NCBI GenBank assembly: GCA_964016885.1
Contig: OZ024753.1
Span: 13,702,001-13,766,000 of the forward strand
DNA: 64,000 bases
From: Eledone cirrhosa
Taxonomy: Eukaryota
Reading direction: 5' to 3'
Under the pieces are notes generated by a model, which had not been told where the DNA came from, searched no databases, and saw only the letters and a program-made list of their open reading frames with translations. Every line of letters begins with the position of its first letter. The stretch's first letter is position 1. This document shows positions 13,370 to 25,364 of this stretch, one piece after another. The translations under genes were made by a program, and so were the position numbers.

Positions 13370-13650
13370 GAGGTGCTTGGTATAGTGATGAGCATGTTGG
13401 ATTTACAATTATAAGGTCTTAGGTTTGACCCCTGGACTGGGTTTTGTGTTGTTCTTGAACAAAACACTTCATTTCATGTGACTCTAGTGTATTCATCTGA
13501 AAATGAAATGAGTACCAGCAATAGCTGGGGTTTAACCGTGCGATGGACTGGCGTCCTGTCCAGGGGGAAGTCTTGTACTTTCAGTCACTTCACACCATGG
13601 CAACCGGGATAAGCACTGGCCTGATGAGGGTTCAAGACTGACTTTAGATT
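13370..13650 (+). mobile_element. CORE-like SINE, tail type C
   Basis: Decayed tRNA head, TTCTTGAACAAAACACTTC core, tail GCGATGGACTGGCGTCCTGTCCAGGGG; relative on minus strand at ~48060-48335. Confidence 0.65.
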
Positions 13651-13865
13651 TCTGTGACTATAGAGCTTGCTTTGAACAGGCAGTACCCTTTTGTAGCACT
13701 GGTGTGCCAAATGTTTTTGGAAATCGTTCATTATCCCCAGCTTAAAAGTCCTCTAGAAGAATCAGCTCAGACGGTCCTTGTCAATGCAGAAGCCACTGTC
13801 ACTCATAAATAATAATAAAACTATTGCTGTTAAATATCTTATTACACCATGACAAATGGCTTACA

Positions 13866-14065
13866 CGAGGGTGGGCTGAAAGCTTTATAGACTGACTATG
13901 AAGGAATGATGCTAGAGCTATGAAATCTTGCATGCATTAATTTCAACACTTCTTATAAATAAGTACATTGTTTCTTTCCAGAGACTATGTTGAAAAATAA
14001 ACCTCATTTGGTCATTCCATGAGAGTATTTTGGTCAGACTATAAACTTTTCAGACTAATCTAATG
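13866..14065 (-). mobile_element. Mariner-type MITE family A
   Basis: CGAGGGTGGGCTGAAA TIR; internal sequence is the revcomp of the 22166 copy. Confidence 0.75.
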
Positions 14066-14259
14066 TATATATATATATGAACTTGTTTATAGAATTCGTT
14101 CTGCCTTTGTTACTCTAAATATAAATTATAGCTATAAAGAATTAGCTTTTAATGAATTCCCTTTTCTATCAACCAATGACCTCTACCCCCACCCCACCCC
14201 CCACCCACTCCTACAACCTGAAGAGACCTATAAATACCATATTTATTTTTTGATATCCA

Positions 14260-14308
14260 GATTCCTGATGATTTCTAAAGAATGAAACAGTTCTCGTCCT
14301 GTAGAATC
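14260..14308 (+). ncRNA. Type I hammerhead ribozyme motif
   Basis: GATTC-CTGATGA-T[TTC taaa GAA]T-GAAA-[CAG ttctcgtc CTG]-TA^GAATC: stems I, II and III all pair; cleavage triplet GUA. Confidence 0.75.
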
Positions 14309-14321
14309 CCATCTATATTAA

Positions 14322-14324
<3 letters not shown>

Positions 14325-14364
<40 letters not shown>

Positions 14365-14371
14365 CATACAT

Positions 14372-14436
<65 letters not shown>

Positions 14437-14684
14437 CATATATATATATGTGTGTATATATATACATATATATATGTGTGTATATATATACATATATATA
14501 TGTGTGTGTGTGTATATATATATATACGTGTGTGTATATATATATATACACATATATATATACGTGTGTGTGTGTGGGTATATGTATACACACATAGATA
14601 TATATACATAAGTGTGTGTGTATATATATACACACACATATATATATACATAAGTGTGTGTATATATATATACATATATATACA

Positions 14685-14726
<42 letters not shown>

Positions 14727-14736
14727 TACATACATA

Positions 14737-14780
<44 letters not shown>

Positions 14781-14810
14781 TATACATACATGTGTGTGTG
14801 TGTATATATT
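14325..14810. repeat. (TA)/(TG)/(CA) microsatellite
   Basis: Direct. Confidence 0.95.
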
Positions 14811-15124
14811 TAAAAACTCCCCTCAAGTTTCAGTGTGACACCATAAAATATATGAGCTGAAGATTTGCTATGGTATTCCTATTAAGTTCAACTTTAGACT
14901 GCACTAAAATATTCACTGGAATTTAATATAGAATATAGTATATCTTTAAATCTGTTAGATTTCTTTAAAATATTTTTTCTCATTCTTTTTTTACTTTTTA
15001 TTCCTTCTTTCATTATTTCTGTCGAGGTTAACTTTGCCTTTCATCCATACGGGGTCGATAAAATAAAGTACCAGTAATGTACTGGGTAATTGCTGGCCTT
15101 GTCCCCAAAGTAGAAACAATTATT

Positions 15125-15512
15125 TCCTTCCTACAAAGTTAACTACAGTCAGTAGGCCCCTCCAAAACAAACATACCCACTACCCCTACTCCATCCTCCC
15201 ACTCCCACCAACACCACCCTTTCTCTATAAAGTTATGTTGGTACCACAACATCCAGTCCAAACTACTAGTGAGATCGTGTAGGTGTCATGACAAAAAAAA
15301 ACACACACACAGTCCACGCTGTAATATGGTCAAAGGTCCCAGTCCACACTGTAAATGTATTTGGTGGTAGGAAGGGCATCCAGCCGTAGAAAACCTGCCA
15401 GATAGTCCTATACGAGCGAGACATGGTCACCCGACCAATTTTGCCTCAAGTGGGACTACGCTCGTCTAACCCATGCTAGCTAGGAAGATAGACATTAAAT
15501 GATGATGATGAT
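15125..15512 (+). mobile_element. SINE-like retroposon with RTE-type tail
   Basis: Inverted homologue of 5628-6050; ends (ATG)n. Confidence 0.6.
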
Positions 15513-15575
15513 CATTATTGTTGTCATTTTAATGTCTTCTTTTCCCTGCTAGAATACCCCCCCCCCACACACTCA

Positions 15576-15624
<49 letters not shown>

Positions 15625-15752
15625 GATGTGGGATGCTTAAAGCGTCCGCATGCAGTAGGCCGTTTGAGCACTCGATGCTCTTACAGAGCAGAGTATAATA
15701 TCACATAAGAAATGGAGAATCAGTGGTGCGACGAATTAAAATTTATTAGACA

Positions 15753-16335
15753 CTAGCAGTGGTACCCGGCGTTGCACGGGATAAGGTATTGTGAAATATA
15801 TTAGCTTAGCTTAGTATTGCCTCAACCACGGCTGGCAAAGAAGTAAGGGTATGCTGGTACGTAAGTAAGCAACACTGTGGCTTAAAACGTGAGGAAGAAG
15901 TTATGTGCACTTACCAACTGTTTGAGGGAATGAGTGTGAGATTTGTCTTGAGCAAGGGTGGCAGAATAACCGGAGATGGCAGACAGCCAGACATACAGAC
16001 ATATTATAAGGGTGCGTTCTGGACGCAGAGCGAATTGTAGGAAGTGACGTAATGCAGACAGCCAGACATAGACAGATATTATAAGGGCGCGATGTTATAT
16101 GTATGTATCTATCTAAAAAGAGAAAGACTAAGAATTATAGAGAGAGATCGCTAAATCGCCTAATGCGGTCCCTAGGGCATTGAAAATTTGAAATTTCTTT
16201 TGCTCAGAACCCTCCCTGAAACATAAGTATTACATGTGTAAAGTTTGAAAACAGTCGGTTGGGTGCTTCTCTAGTTTTAGGGATTCAAACTCACACACAC
16301 ACAGACAGACATCCTCAGTTTTATATATATATAGA
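15753..16335 (-). mobile_element. Non-autonomous Helitron
   Basis: 5' TC, 3' CCCGTGCAACGCCGGG hairpin + CTAG, A|T target; 5' part shared with 53375 copy. Confidence 0.85.
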
Positions 16336-16427
16336 TATTACAATCGTTTCTCTGGCGACCAGCTTGAAGCACGATCGATGCCATGATCGAACCTGACTCT
16401 GAAATCGCAAGCTCCTCAGATACGTCT
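16336..16427 (-). ncRNA. Type I hammerhead motif interrupted by Helitron (remaining stem I strand at 15748-15752)
   Basis: Minus strand with Helitron removed: AGACGTAT-CTGAGGA-[GCTTG..CAAGC + extra hairpin]-GAAA-CGATTG-TA^ATATGTCT, then AATAAA. Confidence 0.55.
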
Positions 16428-16693
16428 CAATCTTTCGAAGCAGAGTTTCCAAACTTCAGATGATCCACTGCGATTATAACATCAAATTCACAGGACATCT
16501 CTGAATCAAGTGTATTTTCTATTCTCTGTGTTTGCTGTAATTCCTTTTATTGTTTTAACTAATTATGCAATCCTCACCTGGTGATATTGTCCAGGTCTTG
16601 ATCAGAGGTTGTAACTAGGCCATTGAAATATGTATAGTGTTTTTTTGAAACATGAAAACTCTAAAGGGATATTTCCAGTCTGGCTTTCTGTTG

Positions 16694-16696
<3 letters not shown>

Positions 16697-16736
<40 letters not shown>

Positions 16737-16775
16737 GTGGGTGGATGGGTGTGTATGTATGTGGGTGTGTATATA

Positions 16776-16810
<35 letters not shown>

Positions 16811-17345
16811 GTGTGTATGTGTAAATGTTTGTATGTATATGTATGTATGCATGTATATGTATGCGTATGTATGCGTATGTATGTGTATGTATGTATGTAT
16901 GTATGTGTATATATGCATATGTGTATGTATGCATATATGTATATTTATGTATGTGTATATGTATGCATATGTGTATGTATGTATGTATGTGTATGTATGT
17001 ATATGTATGCATATATGTATGTATATGTATGCATATATGTATGTTTATGTATGCATATATGTATATTTATGTATGTGTATATGTATGCATATGTGTATGT
17101 ATATGTATGCATATGTGTATGTATGCATATGTGTATGTATGCATATGTGTATGTATGCATATGTGTATGTATGCATATGTGTATGTATGCATATGTGTAT
17201 GTATGCATATGTGTATGTATGTATATGTGTATGTATGCATATGTGTATGTATGTGTATGCATATGTGTATGTATATGTATGCATGCCTAAGTAAATATAT
17301 ATATATATATATATATACATACATGGGTGCATACATATATATGTA
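16697..17345. repeat. TA/TATG/TGCA compound microsatellite
   Basis: Direct; includes 18-bp GCATATGTGTATGTAT-like higher-order units. Confidence 0.95.
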
Positions 17346-18161
17346 TTTACATAAAATATAAAGATGAAAACAGAAAACTAAAATTCCTAGAATATAACCT
17401 GTTGAAGGACCAGCAGCCTCCCTTGACAGTTTAAGGGCTCACCACCCACCCTTCCTGTCCTTGACCTGCCAAAATGTCTGGCACTTTTATTTGTTTGTCT
17501 GTTTATTTCTTTGTTCTCTGAAGACATAAACAGTTGTTAGAAAACTCCAAACTATTTAAAACTGGGATGTATCACTGTCATTCCACATCTCCCTTTCTTT
17601 CACAGCTTGATCCTTCTTTCTTTTTCTCTTTTCTATTCTTTTCCTTCCTTTCCTGTTTCCTTTACTAGTGTGTTTTTTTTTTTATTTACTTGATATCATT
17701 TTTGGGGATATTTGGATATCATTTAAAATTGTATGCTATTGTAACTCCCCTCCCCCCCCAACAATATGGCTTATAGAGTCCATGTTTGCTCCGTGCAGTC
17801 ATTTTTAAATTGGTGTCTCTGCTTTCCTAGATGCGTTGCCTTCCCTACAACTTATGGGGTCCACCCATGCAAGCATCCAACCCTTGCAAGCATGGAAAAG
17901 CGGACATAAGAATGATAATATATATATATATGTATATAATAGAATATTAGTCTACGACTCCATTTATACCATAAACGTGGTGTTGTCTTTGCGTGTATTT
18001 GTTCTCATCGCTCCACACAATGACGTAATTATCCTCGCTTTTTTTTTCCGTTCATTGCCAGAGAACATCTTCACGAACCAAAGTATCGTCTTCCTGTTTT
18101 CCTTCGGTTGCAACGTTTTTCGAAATATTTACTTCTGCGTTCACAGATTGATTTTTTTTTT

Positions 18162-18212
18162 AGTTTCAGAAGATCCCGTTAAGGGTGAAAGCAGTGATTC
18201 TTTGATTAAACT
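18162..18212 (+). ncRNA. Decayed hammerhead-like motif
   Basis: AGTTT-CAGAAGA-T[CCC gttaa GGG]T-GAAA...TT^AAACT; U4A core change and poor stem III. Confidence 0.35.
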
Positions 18213-18323
18213 TTAACCTGTTATTTTAATAAATATTTGCTGCTCTAGGGTACTTATATATTTGATATATATTTATCCTTATCGAGCCCTCTTTGGATTT
18301 TAGTTTTCACATTTATTATTATT

Positions 18324-18473
18324 GCTTTCCAGCATAGTTACGTCCCTTTACGATCTGAGTTCAAATCCCGCCGAGGTTAACTTTGCCTTTCATCCTTACG
18401 GGGTCGATAAAATAAAGTACCAGTAATGCACTGGGTAATTGCTGGCCTTGTGCCTAAAATAGAAACAATTATT
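18324..18473 (+). mobile_element. Deu/Nin-type SINE, 5' truncated
   Basis: B box, core and tail present. Confidence 0.85.
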
Positions 18474-18474
18474 A

Positions 18475-18858
18475 CCACGCACGCACGCACGCACGCGCGC
18501 ACATATATATATATACATATACATATATATATATATACATATATATACACATATATATATATACACATATATATATATACACATATATATATATACACAT
18601 ATATATATATACACATATATATATATACACATATATATATATACACATATATATATATACACATATATATATACACATATATATATATATACACATATAT
18701 ATATATACACATATATATATATACACATATATATATATACACATATATATATATACACATATATATATATACACATATATATATATATACATATATATAT
18801 ACACATATATATATACACATACATATATATACACACATACACACATATATATATATAT

Positions 18859-18893
<35 letters not shown>

Positions 18894-18998
18894 CACATAT
18901 ATATATACACATATATACATACATACATATATATATACACATATACATACATACATATATATATACACATATATACATATATATATATACATACATAC
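18475..18998. repeat. (TA)n/(CA) microsatellite
   Basis: Direct. Confidence 0.95.
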
Positions 18999-19660
18999 AG
19001 GCCAGTGTGCCTGGGGAGTTAGACAAATTCTGTTTCACGCTTTTGAAGTCCCCCAAAATATATTTTAAGAGTTTATTAAAACAATTAATTCTAAATGTAT
19101 GTGTCCGTGTGTCTTTGATGTATTGCTTGCAATGAGAAAATGGGGATTGTTAAGTCAACAGAATAGCAGGCAACCAGCTGAGATGTAGACAGTGTCATAT
19201 AGTTTCATTAAACTGTCTATAATAGGAATAATGATGCCTTATGATTTAAGGCACAAGGTCAACAATTGGGGAAAGAGAGGGAGTAAGTTGATTATAGTAA
19301 CCCCAGTACATGACTGCTACTTTATTTTATTGATCTTGGAAGGATGAAGGGCATGCATAATACTAATCATGGTGATGATTGGTGTGTGTATGTATGTATG
19401 TGTGTGAGCTTATATTTATTGTTTATGTCCTATAACAGTGGTCTCCAACCTTTTTTATACCTCAGACCAGCTTCATGCCAGGCAATCTTTCTGCAGGCCG
19501 GTAGCTGCACATATGAGTTATTTAAGTGCATTTCGATAAAGAGAGCAATAATAAAAAGAGCAATTTATTAAAGGGAATAAAAAAGTGTAATAAGTATAGG
19601 AGTATTGAATATTTAAACAAATCTTTTTAAATTAAAGTCCAATATTCAATTTATCTAATA

Positions 19661-20221
19661 CTAGCAGATTTACCTGACGTTGCCCGGGGTTTGAAATGCA
19701 ACAAAGCATAAACAAGAAACAAACGATAATTGTTTCTACTTTAGGCACAAGGCCAGCAATTACCCAGTGCATTACTGGTACTTTATTTTATCGACCCCCG
19801 TAAGGATGAAAGGCAAAGTCAACCTCGGCGGGATTTGAACTCAGATCGTAAAGGGACGTAACTATGCTGGAAAGCATGGCGTCCGATCCTCTACCGATAC
19901 TGCCAATCCACCGAATATTAGTGATTTATCTTCAAATGAATCTGATGTTTATATTTGTCAACAAAGTTGGTTATCTCCCTTTTTTATAAGGATTGTCAAT
20001 AAAGTTTGTTCTCCCTTACATCAATTTTGCTACCGATAATTTTGATATCGATTTTTTATTGCTCAACGTGGGTCGATTTGAAAAATGTTTGATGTGACAA
20101 TCTTAGCGACCTGTACAACGTGCACAGAAAATTTGGTCAAATTCAGTTGGTAATTGTAAAAGCTTTACGTATGCAAAATTGTACAGACACACACATATCC
20201 TCGCATTTATATATATAAGGA
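19661..20221 (-). mobile_element. Non-autonomous Helitron containing a Deu-type SINE (19727-19913)
   Basis: A|CTAGCAGATTTACCTGACGTTGCCCGGG ... TATATAAGGA|T. Confidence 0.75.
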
Positions 20222-20272
20222 TCTAATATATATATTAGATATATATATTAGATATATATTTTAAACAAGTTA

Positions 20273-20611
20273 CTGTATTTCCCAGCATCAGACACCACTT
20301 TTTTTCCTAAAATAAATCTAAAAAAATCTACCATGCATCCTGGAGGCCGAAGGTTGTTTATTATTTTTTCTCAAATTAAAGCGGTGGATTGTCAGTATCA
20401 GTAGAGGGTCAGACGCCATGCTTTGTAGCACAGTTACGTCCCTTTACGTTCTGAGTTCAAATCCCTCCGATAAAATAAAGTACCAGTAATGTACTGGGTA
20501 ATTGCTGGCCTTGTACCAAAAGTAGAAACAATTATTTTATTTTTAATTTTTAATTGTTAAAATTAGGGTGCATTCTCAAGGATGAAGCATCTTCGGCGCC
20601 GGGAAATACAG
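20273..20611. mobile_element. Tc1/mariner MITE family B with nested SINE
   Basis: TA|CTGTATTTCCC ... GGGAAATACAG|TA. Confidence 0.8.
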
Positions 20612-21189
20612 TAGTTATTTCTTTGCAGTCTGGTAGCATATGATTCAAAGACTGTTACCAGACACAGCCCGGTAGCATATGATTCAAAGACTGTTACCAG
20701 ACACAGCCCGGTGGTTGGGAACCTCTGTCCTATAACACAAAAACGTAATTGATAAAATAATTACTATTTTTGAAAAAAAAATGTCCTGGGATCCATACGA
20801 TTGACTAAATCTCCTGAAGGTGGTGCCCCAACATGGCCACAGTTTATTGACTGAGACTAGTAAGAGAATAAAAGAGATGATAGACATTTTTTTTCATTAT
20901 TATATAAACTTGCTCAACATTTCGAGTTCAAATTCTACCAAGGTCAACTTTGCCTTTCATCATTCTAGAGTTAATAAAATGAAGTACCAGTCAGCTACTG
21001 GGGTTGATATCATCAATTTTCCCTTTCTCCAAAGTTGCTGACCCTGTGCCAATGCTAGAAAGAATTATTACACTGGTTTTGGGAGCGTAATTTAACAAAG
21101 GTGCTTACATAGAATTTTATAATAGAAAGTTTTAGATAAACAAACCTCTTTAAAACATAGTTATGTAGTAGTTTCATGTGATTTGGAAA

Positions 21190-21512
21190 GATTATAGGCT
21201 GACGAAGATACTCTCATGGAATGACCATATGAAGTTTGGAAAGAAACAATACAGTTATTCAGAAGAATTGAAATTAATGCATGCAAGATTTCACAGCTCT
21301 AGCATCACTCCTTCATAGGTTGACCAAGATACTCTTATGGAATGACCAAATGAGGTTTATTTTTCATCATAGTCTCTGGTAAGAAACAATACAGTTATTA
21401 GTAAGAATTGAATGAAATTAATGCATGCAAGATTTCACAGCTCTAGCATCACTCCTTCATAGGTTGAAATGTTGATAGTCTGACCAAGATACTCTCATGG
21501 AATGACCAAAAT
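21190..21512 (+). mobile_element. Tandemly duplicated mariner MITE A internal segments
   Basis: GACCAAGATACTCTCATGGAATGACCAAA repeated three times. Confidence 0.75.
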
Positions 21513-22165
21513 GGCCAGTTGATAACATCATCCATGATTATAATAAGAGACTTCTACTGATATCCAGAATTTCAGCACATCAGCCTCGCCATCACCCGAG
21601 GCAACGCTGCAAGTATGCTGGCTTGCCTCAAAAATCATTAGAGAGAGGTTGCCCAGTACTCCTCGCGACGTTGCTGTCTTTTGCTCTGGTGTTGGCTCGG
21701 TTGTTCACCCCTTTCCTTTATATTTTCTTTAATATTGCAACATTAAAGGAATATATCTTTCTGAATGAACCGCGAGCTATTTATAATGTTATCGAAGCAT
21801 TTGTAATGTTATTTATGTATATATTTAAAGCATATTTGTTATATTATTCGACTGTAAATTTATTTATATGCTCTGTTTATATTTTCATTCTGAAGGAATT
21901 GCAAACGATTTGTAATGTTGTTTATACAACTAGGAATAAAATTGTTTATAAAAATAAAAAATAAAAAAAAGAATGATAGATGTTAATTAAGGAAGAAAAA
22001 TAGAAATATTTACTAGGAATAAATAATGTTTATATCTAAATAATTGTTTCTACTTTCGGCACAGGGACAGCAATTACCCAGTGCATTACTGGTACTTTAT
22101 TTTATCGACCCCGTAAGGATGAAAGGCAAAGTCAACCTCGGCATAATATCCTTATTTCTATTGTG

Positions 22166-22357
22166 TGAGGGTCAACTGAAAAGTTCATAGGCTGACAAAG
22201 ATACTCTCATGGAATGACCAAATGAGGTTTATTTTTCAACATAGTCCCTGGAAAGAAACAATAGTTATTAAGAATTATTGAAATTAATTCATGCAAGATT
22301 TCACAGCTCTAGCATGCTCCTTCATAATCAGCTTATGAACTTTTCAGCCAACCCTCA
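22166..22357 (+). mobile_element. Mariner-type MITE family A (near full unit, ~190 bp)
   Basis: TGAGGGTCAACTGAAAAGTTCATAGGCTGA / TCAGCTTATGAACTTTTCAGCCAACCCTCA TIRs. Confidence 0.85.
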
Positions 22358-23154
22358 ATCCTCATATTTAGGGGCAGTTTCATGTAGTCTGGAATAGGGT
22401 TAAAATAGAGTAGAGTGGTAGTAGAGAGATGTGGGATGAAAGGATGGAGATAAAGGGCAGAAAGAACTAGAAAAACTGACAAGGAAGGCTCAGGAAGTAA
22501 AGGGGGTCAGAGGAAGTTGTTGTCTATCATATTTTCAAGTCCCCTATCCTTAATAGCGAGGGGACCCGCTGCCACTCCTATCTGACATAGTTAGGTCAAT
22601 AAAGTAATTAGACATTAATAATATAATCATAAATACAATCATAAATACTTAAAGAGAGGCAAGCTTCCTGTTATTGTATCCATAAGGACAGACTCACACA
22701 CACACACACACTCTCTCTCTCTCTCTGTGCCTGCACACTAACATGCACACAAACACGCACATTAACATACAAATATGCACACACTCACTCACTCACACAC
22801 TTACTGTACACACATTGATTCACTCACCCCACACACACCACTCATCAATCATAAAAGCTGAAAGCAATTATTGTATGAAAAAACAATAGAAAAAGGCAGA
22901 AAAAGGTCCCAGCAAACATTTAAGCCATAGTTGTTATCATTGTCATTTAACTAGTTTTTCTTAGCTGAAAAGGACCCGTCCAACCCATGCAAGTGTGGAA
23001 AAACAAGCATCAAAAGATGGTGACTTATGAGACTCCAGTTGATGTTTTAGTTGTACTATATGCAAATGAGCATCCCCAGGCAATGTTTTGATATATAAAA
23101 AAAAAATCAAAACAATAAAAACATGTAAGCTATAAACTTGTACCAAGCAAGTAG

Positions 23155-23199
23155 ATGTCATTGATGACGGATAAAAATCCAGAAATATGTGTCTGATAT
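23155..23199 (+). ncRNA. Decayed minimal type I hammerhead motif
   Basis: ATGTCA-TTGATGA-C[GGAT aaaa ATCC]A-GAAA-TATGTG-TC^TGATAT; 6-bp stem I, C3U core mutation. Confidence 0.45.
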
Positions 23200-23299
23200 T
23201 CTTGCACAGCTACTGAGAAAGCTGTGACATGATCACAGCTTAAACTATTTATAGCAAGAGTCTAGTTTGAAATATTTACAGCAAGGTCATGTTTACATC

Positions 23300-24466
23300 T
23301 CACAGCTATTCAGGTTTAACTGGTCACCTTCAAGGCTATATTTATATATCACAGCTTTTCAGGTTTAACTGGTCACCTTCAAGGCTATATTTATATATCA
23401 CAGCTTTTCAGGTTTAACTGGTCACCTTCAAGGCTATATTTATATATCACAGCTTTTCAGGTTTAACTGGTCACCTTCAAGGCTATATTTATATATCACA
23501 GCTTTTCAGGTTTAGCTGGTCACCTTCAAGGCTATATTTATATATCACAGCTTTTCAGGTTTAACTGGTCACCTTCAAGGATATATTTATATATCAGAGC
23601 TTTTCAGGTTTAACTGGTCACCTTCAAGGATATATTTATATATCAGAGCTATTCAGGTTTAACTGGTCACCTTCAAGGCTATATTTATATATCACAGCTT
23701 TTCAGGTTTAGCTGGTCACCTTCAAGGATATATTTATATATCACAGCTTTTCAGGTTTAACTGGTCACCTTCAAGGATATATTTATATATCAGAGCTATT
23801 CAGGTTTAACTGGTCACCTTCAAGGATATATTTATATATCACAGCTTTTCAGGTTTAGCTGGTCACCTTCAAGGATATATTTATATATCACAGCTTTTCA
23901 GGTTTAACTGGTCACCTTCAAGGATATATTTATATATCACAGCTATTCAGGTTTAACTGGTCACCTTCAAGGATATATTTATATATCACAGCTTTTCAGG
24001 TTTAACTGGTCACCTTCAAGGATATATTTATATATCACAGCTTTTCAGGTTTAACTGGTTACCTTCTAGGATATATTTATATATCACAGCTTTTCAGGTT
24101 TAACTGGTCACCTTCAAGGATATATTTATATATCACAGCTATTCAGGTTTAACTGGTCACCTTCAAGGATATATTTATATATCACAGCTTTTCAGGTTTA
24201 ACTGGTTACCTTCTAGGATATATTTATATATCACAGCTTTTCAGGTTTAACTGGTCACCTTCAAGGATATATTTATATATCACAGCTATTCAGGTTTAAC
24301 TGGTCACCTTCAAGGATATATTTATATATCACAGCTTTTCAGGTTTAACTGGTCACCTTCAAGGATATATTTATATATCACAGCTTTTCAGGTTTAACTG
24401 GTCACCTTCAAGGATATATTTATATATCACAGCTTTTCAGGTTTAACTGGTCACCTTCAAGGATAT
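23300..24466. repeat. 49-bp minisatellite (~24 units)
   Basis: Unit CACAGCTTTTCAGGTTTAACTGGTCACCTTCAAGGATATATTTATATAT. Confidence 0.95.
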
Positions 24467-25111
24467 CTATGGTCCCACTCGGTCACCAATTACCATGGTT
24501 TTGCACCTAGAAAATTTCCCTCCAAGGCACAAGCTTGGGCAAGGTTTGTTTTGTGGAAGACCAGCAGTCGCCCATGTATACCAGTCTCCCCTCTCCACGC
24601 CACCGATGTTGTCCAAGGGAAAGGCAATGACCGATAAGCTTGGTACCAGTGATATCACAACATATACTATATACTCTGTATACTCTCTATAAACACTATA
24701 TATACTTTATATATACACTATATATACACTATATATGATGATCTCCAAGAGAAAGGCAATGACCGATAAGCTTGGTACCAGTGATATCACAACATATACT
24801 ATATACTCTGTATACTCTCTATAAACACTATATATACACTATATATACACTATATATACACTATATATGATGATCTCCAAGAGAAAGGCAATGACCGATA
24901 AGCTTGGTACCAGTGATATCACAACATATACTATATACTCTGTATACTCTCTATAAACACTATATATACTCTATATATACACTATATATGATGATCTCCA
25001 AGAGAAAGGCAATGGCCGATACAGCTTGGCACCAGTGACTTCGCAACTCATTTCTACAGCTGAGTAAACTGGAGCAACGTGAAATAAAGTGTCTTGCTCA
25101 AGGACACAACG
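24467..25111 (-). mobile_element. CORE-like SINE (tail B), 5' truncated, with internal 3x ~130-bp amplification
   Basis: Revcomp of 35340-35650; TSD CAAGGATAT (24458-24466, 25112-25120). Confidence 0.85.
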
Positions 25112-25364
25112 CAAGGATATATTTATATCTGAAAGCAATGTAAGTTTAGCTGGCCATCTTCAAGGTTATGTGGTCAATTTGATAGCCAGCTAAACCTGCA
25201 TAGCTGTAAACATAACCTTGATGGTGGCCAGCTAACACAATATATAGGTAGCATTTCACTATATACACACTTCATAGGTGGAACAATAAAGGTGCTTGCT
25301 TTCTGATAACCAGCTGACTAATTGTGAAACATGGCAAGACAATCACTTGTTTTTTTTTTGGTCA

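Larger units (their letters stand above)
19436..20727. mobile_element. hAT (Charlie-like) non-autonomous element with nested Helitron, SINEs and MITE
   Basis: TIRs CAGTGGTCTCCAACC / GGTTGGGAACCTCTG; perfect 8-bp TSD TCCTATAA (19428-19435, 20728-20735). Confidence 0.9.

Noticed and set aside
13620-13650. CTGATGA as hammerhead core
   Set aside because: No downstream GAAA or stems; part of a SINE tail
21886-21917. CATT-CTGAAGG-AATTG-CAAA-CGATTTG-TA-ATG hammerhead-like string
   Set aside because: Two core mismatches and no stem II; indistinguishable from chance
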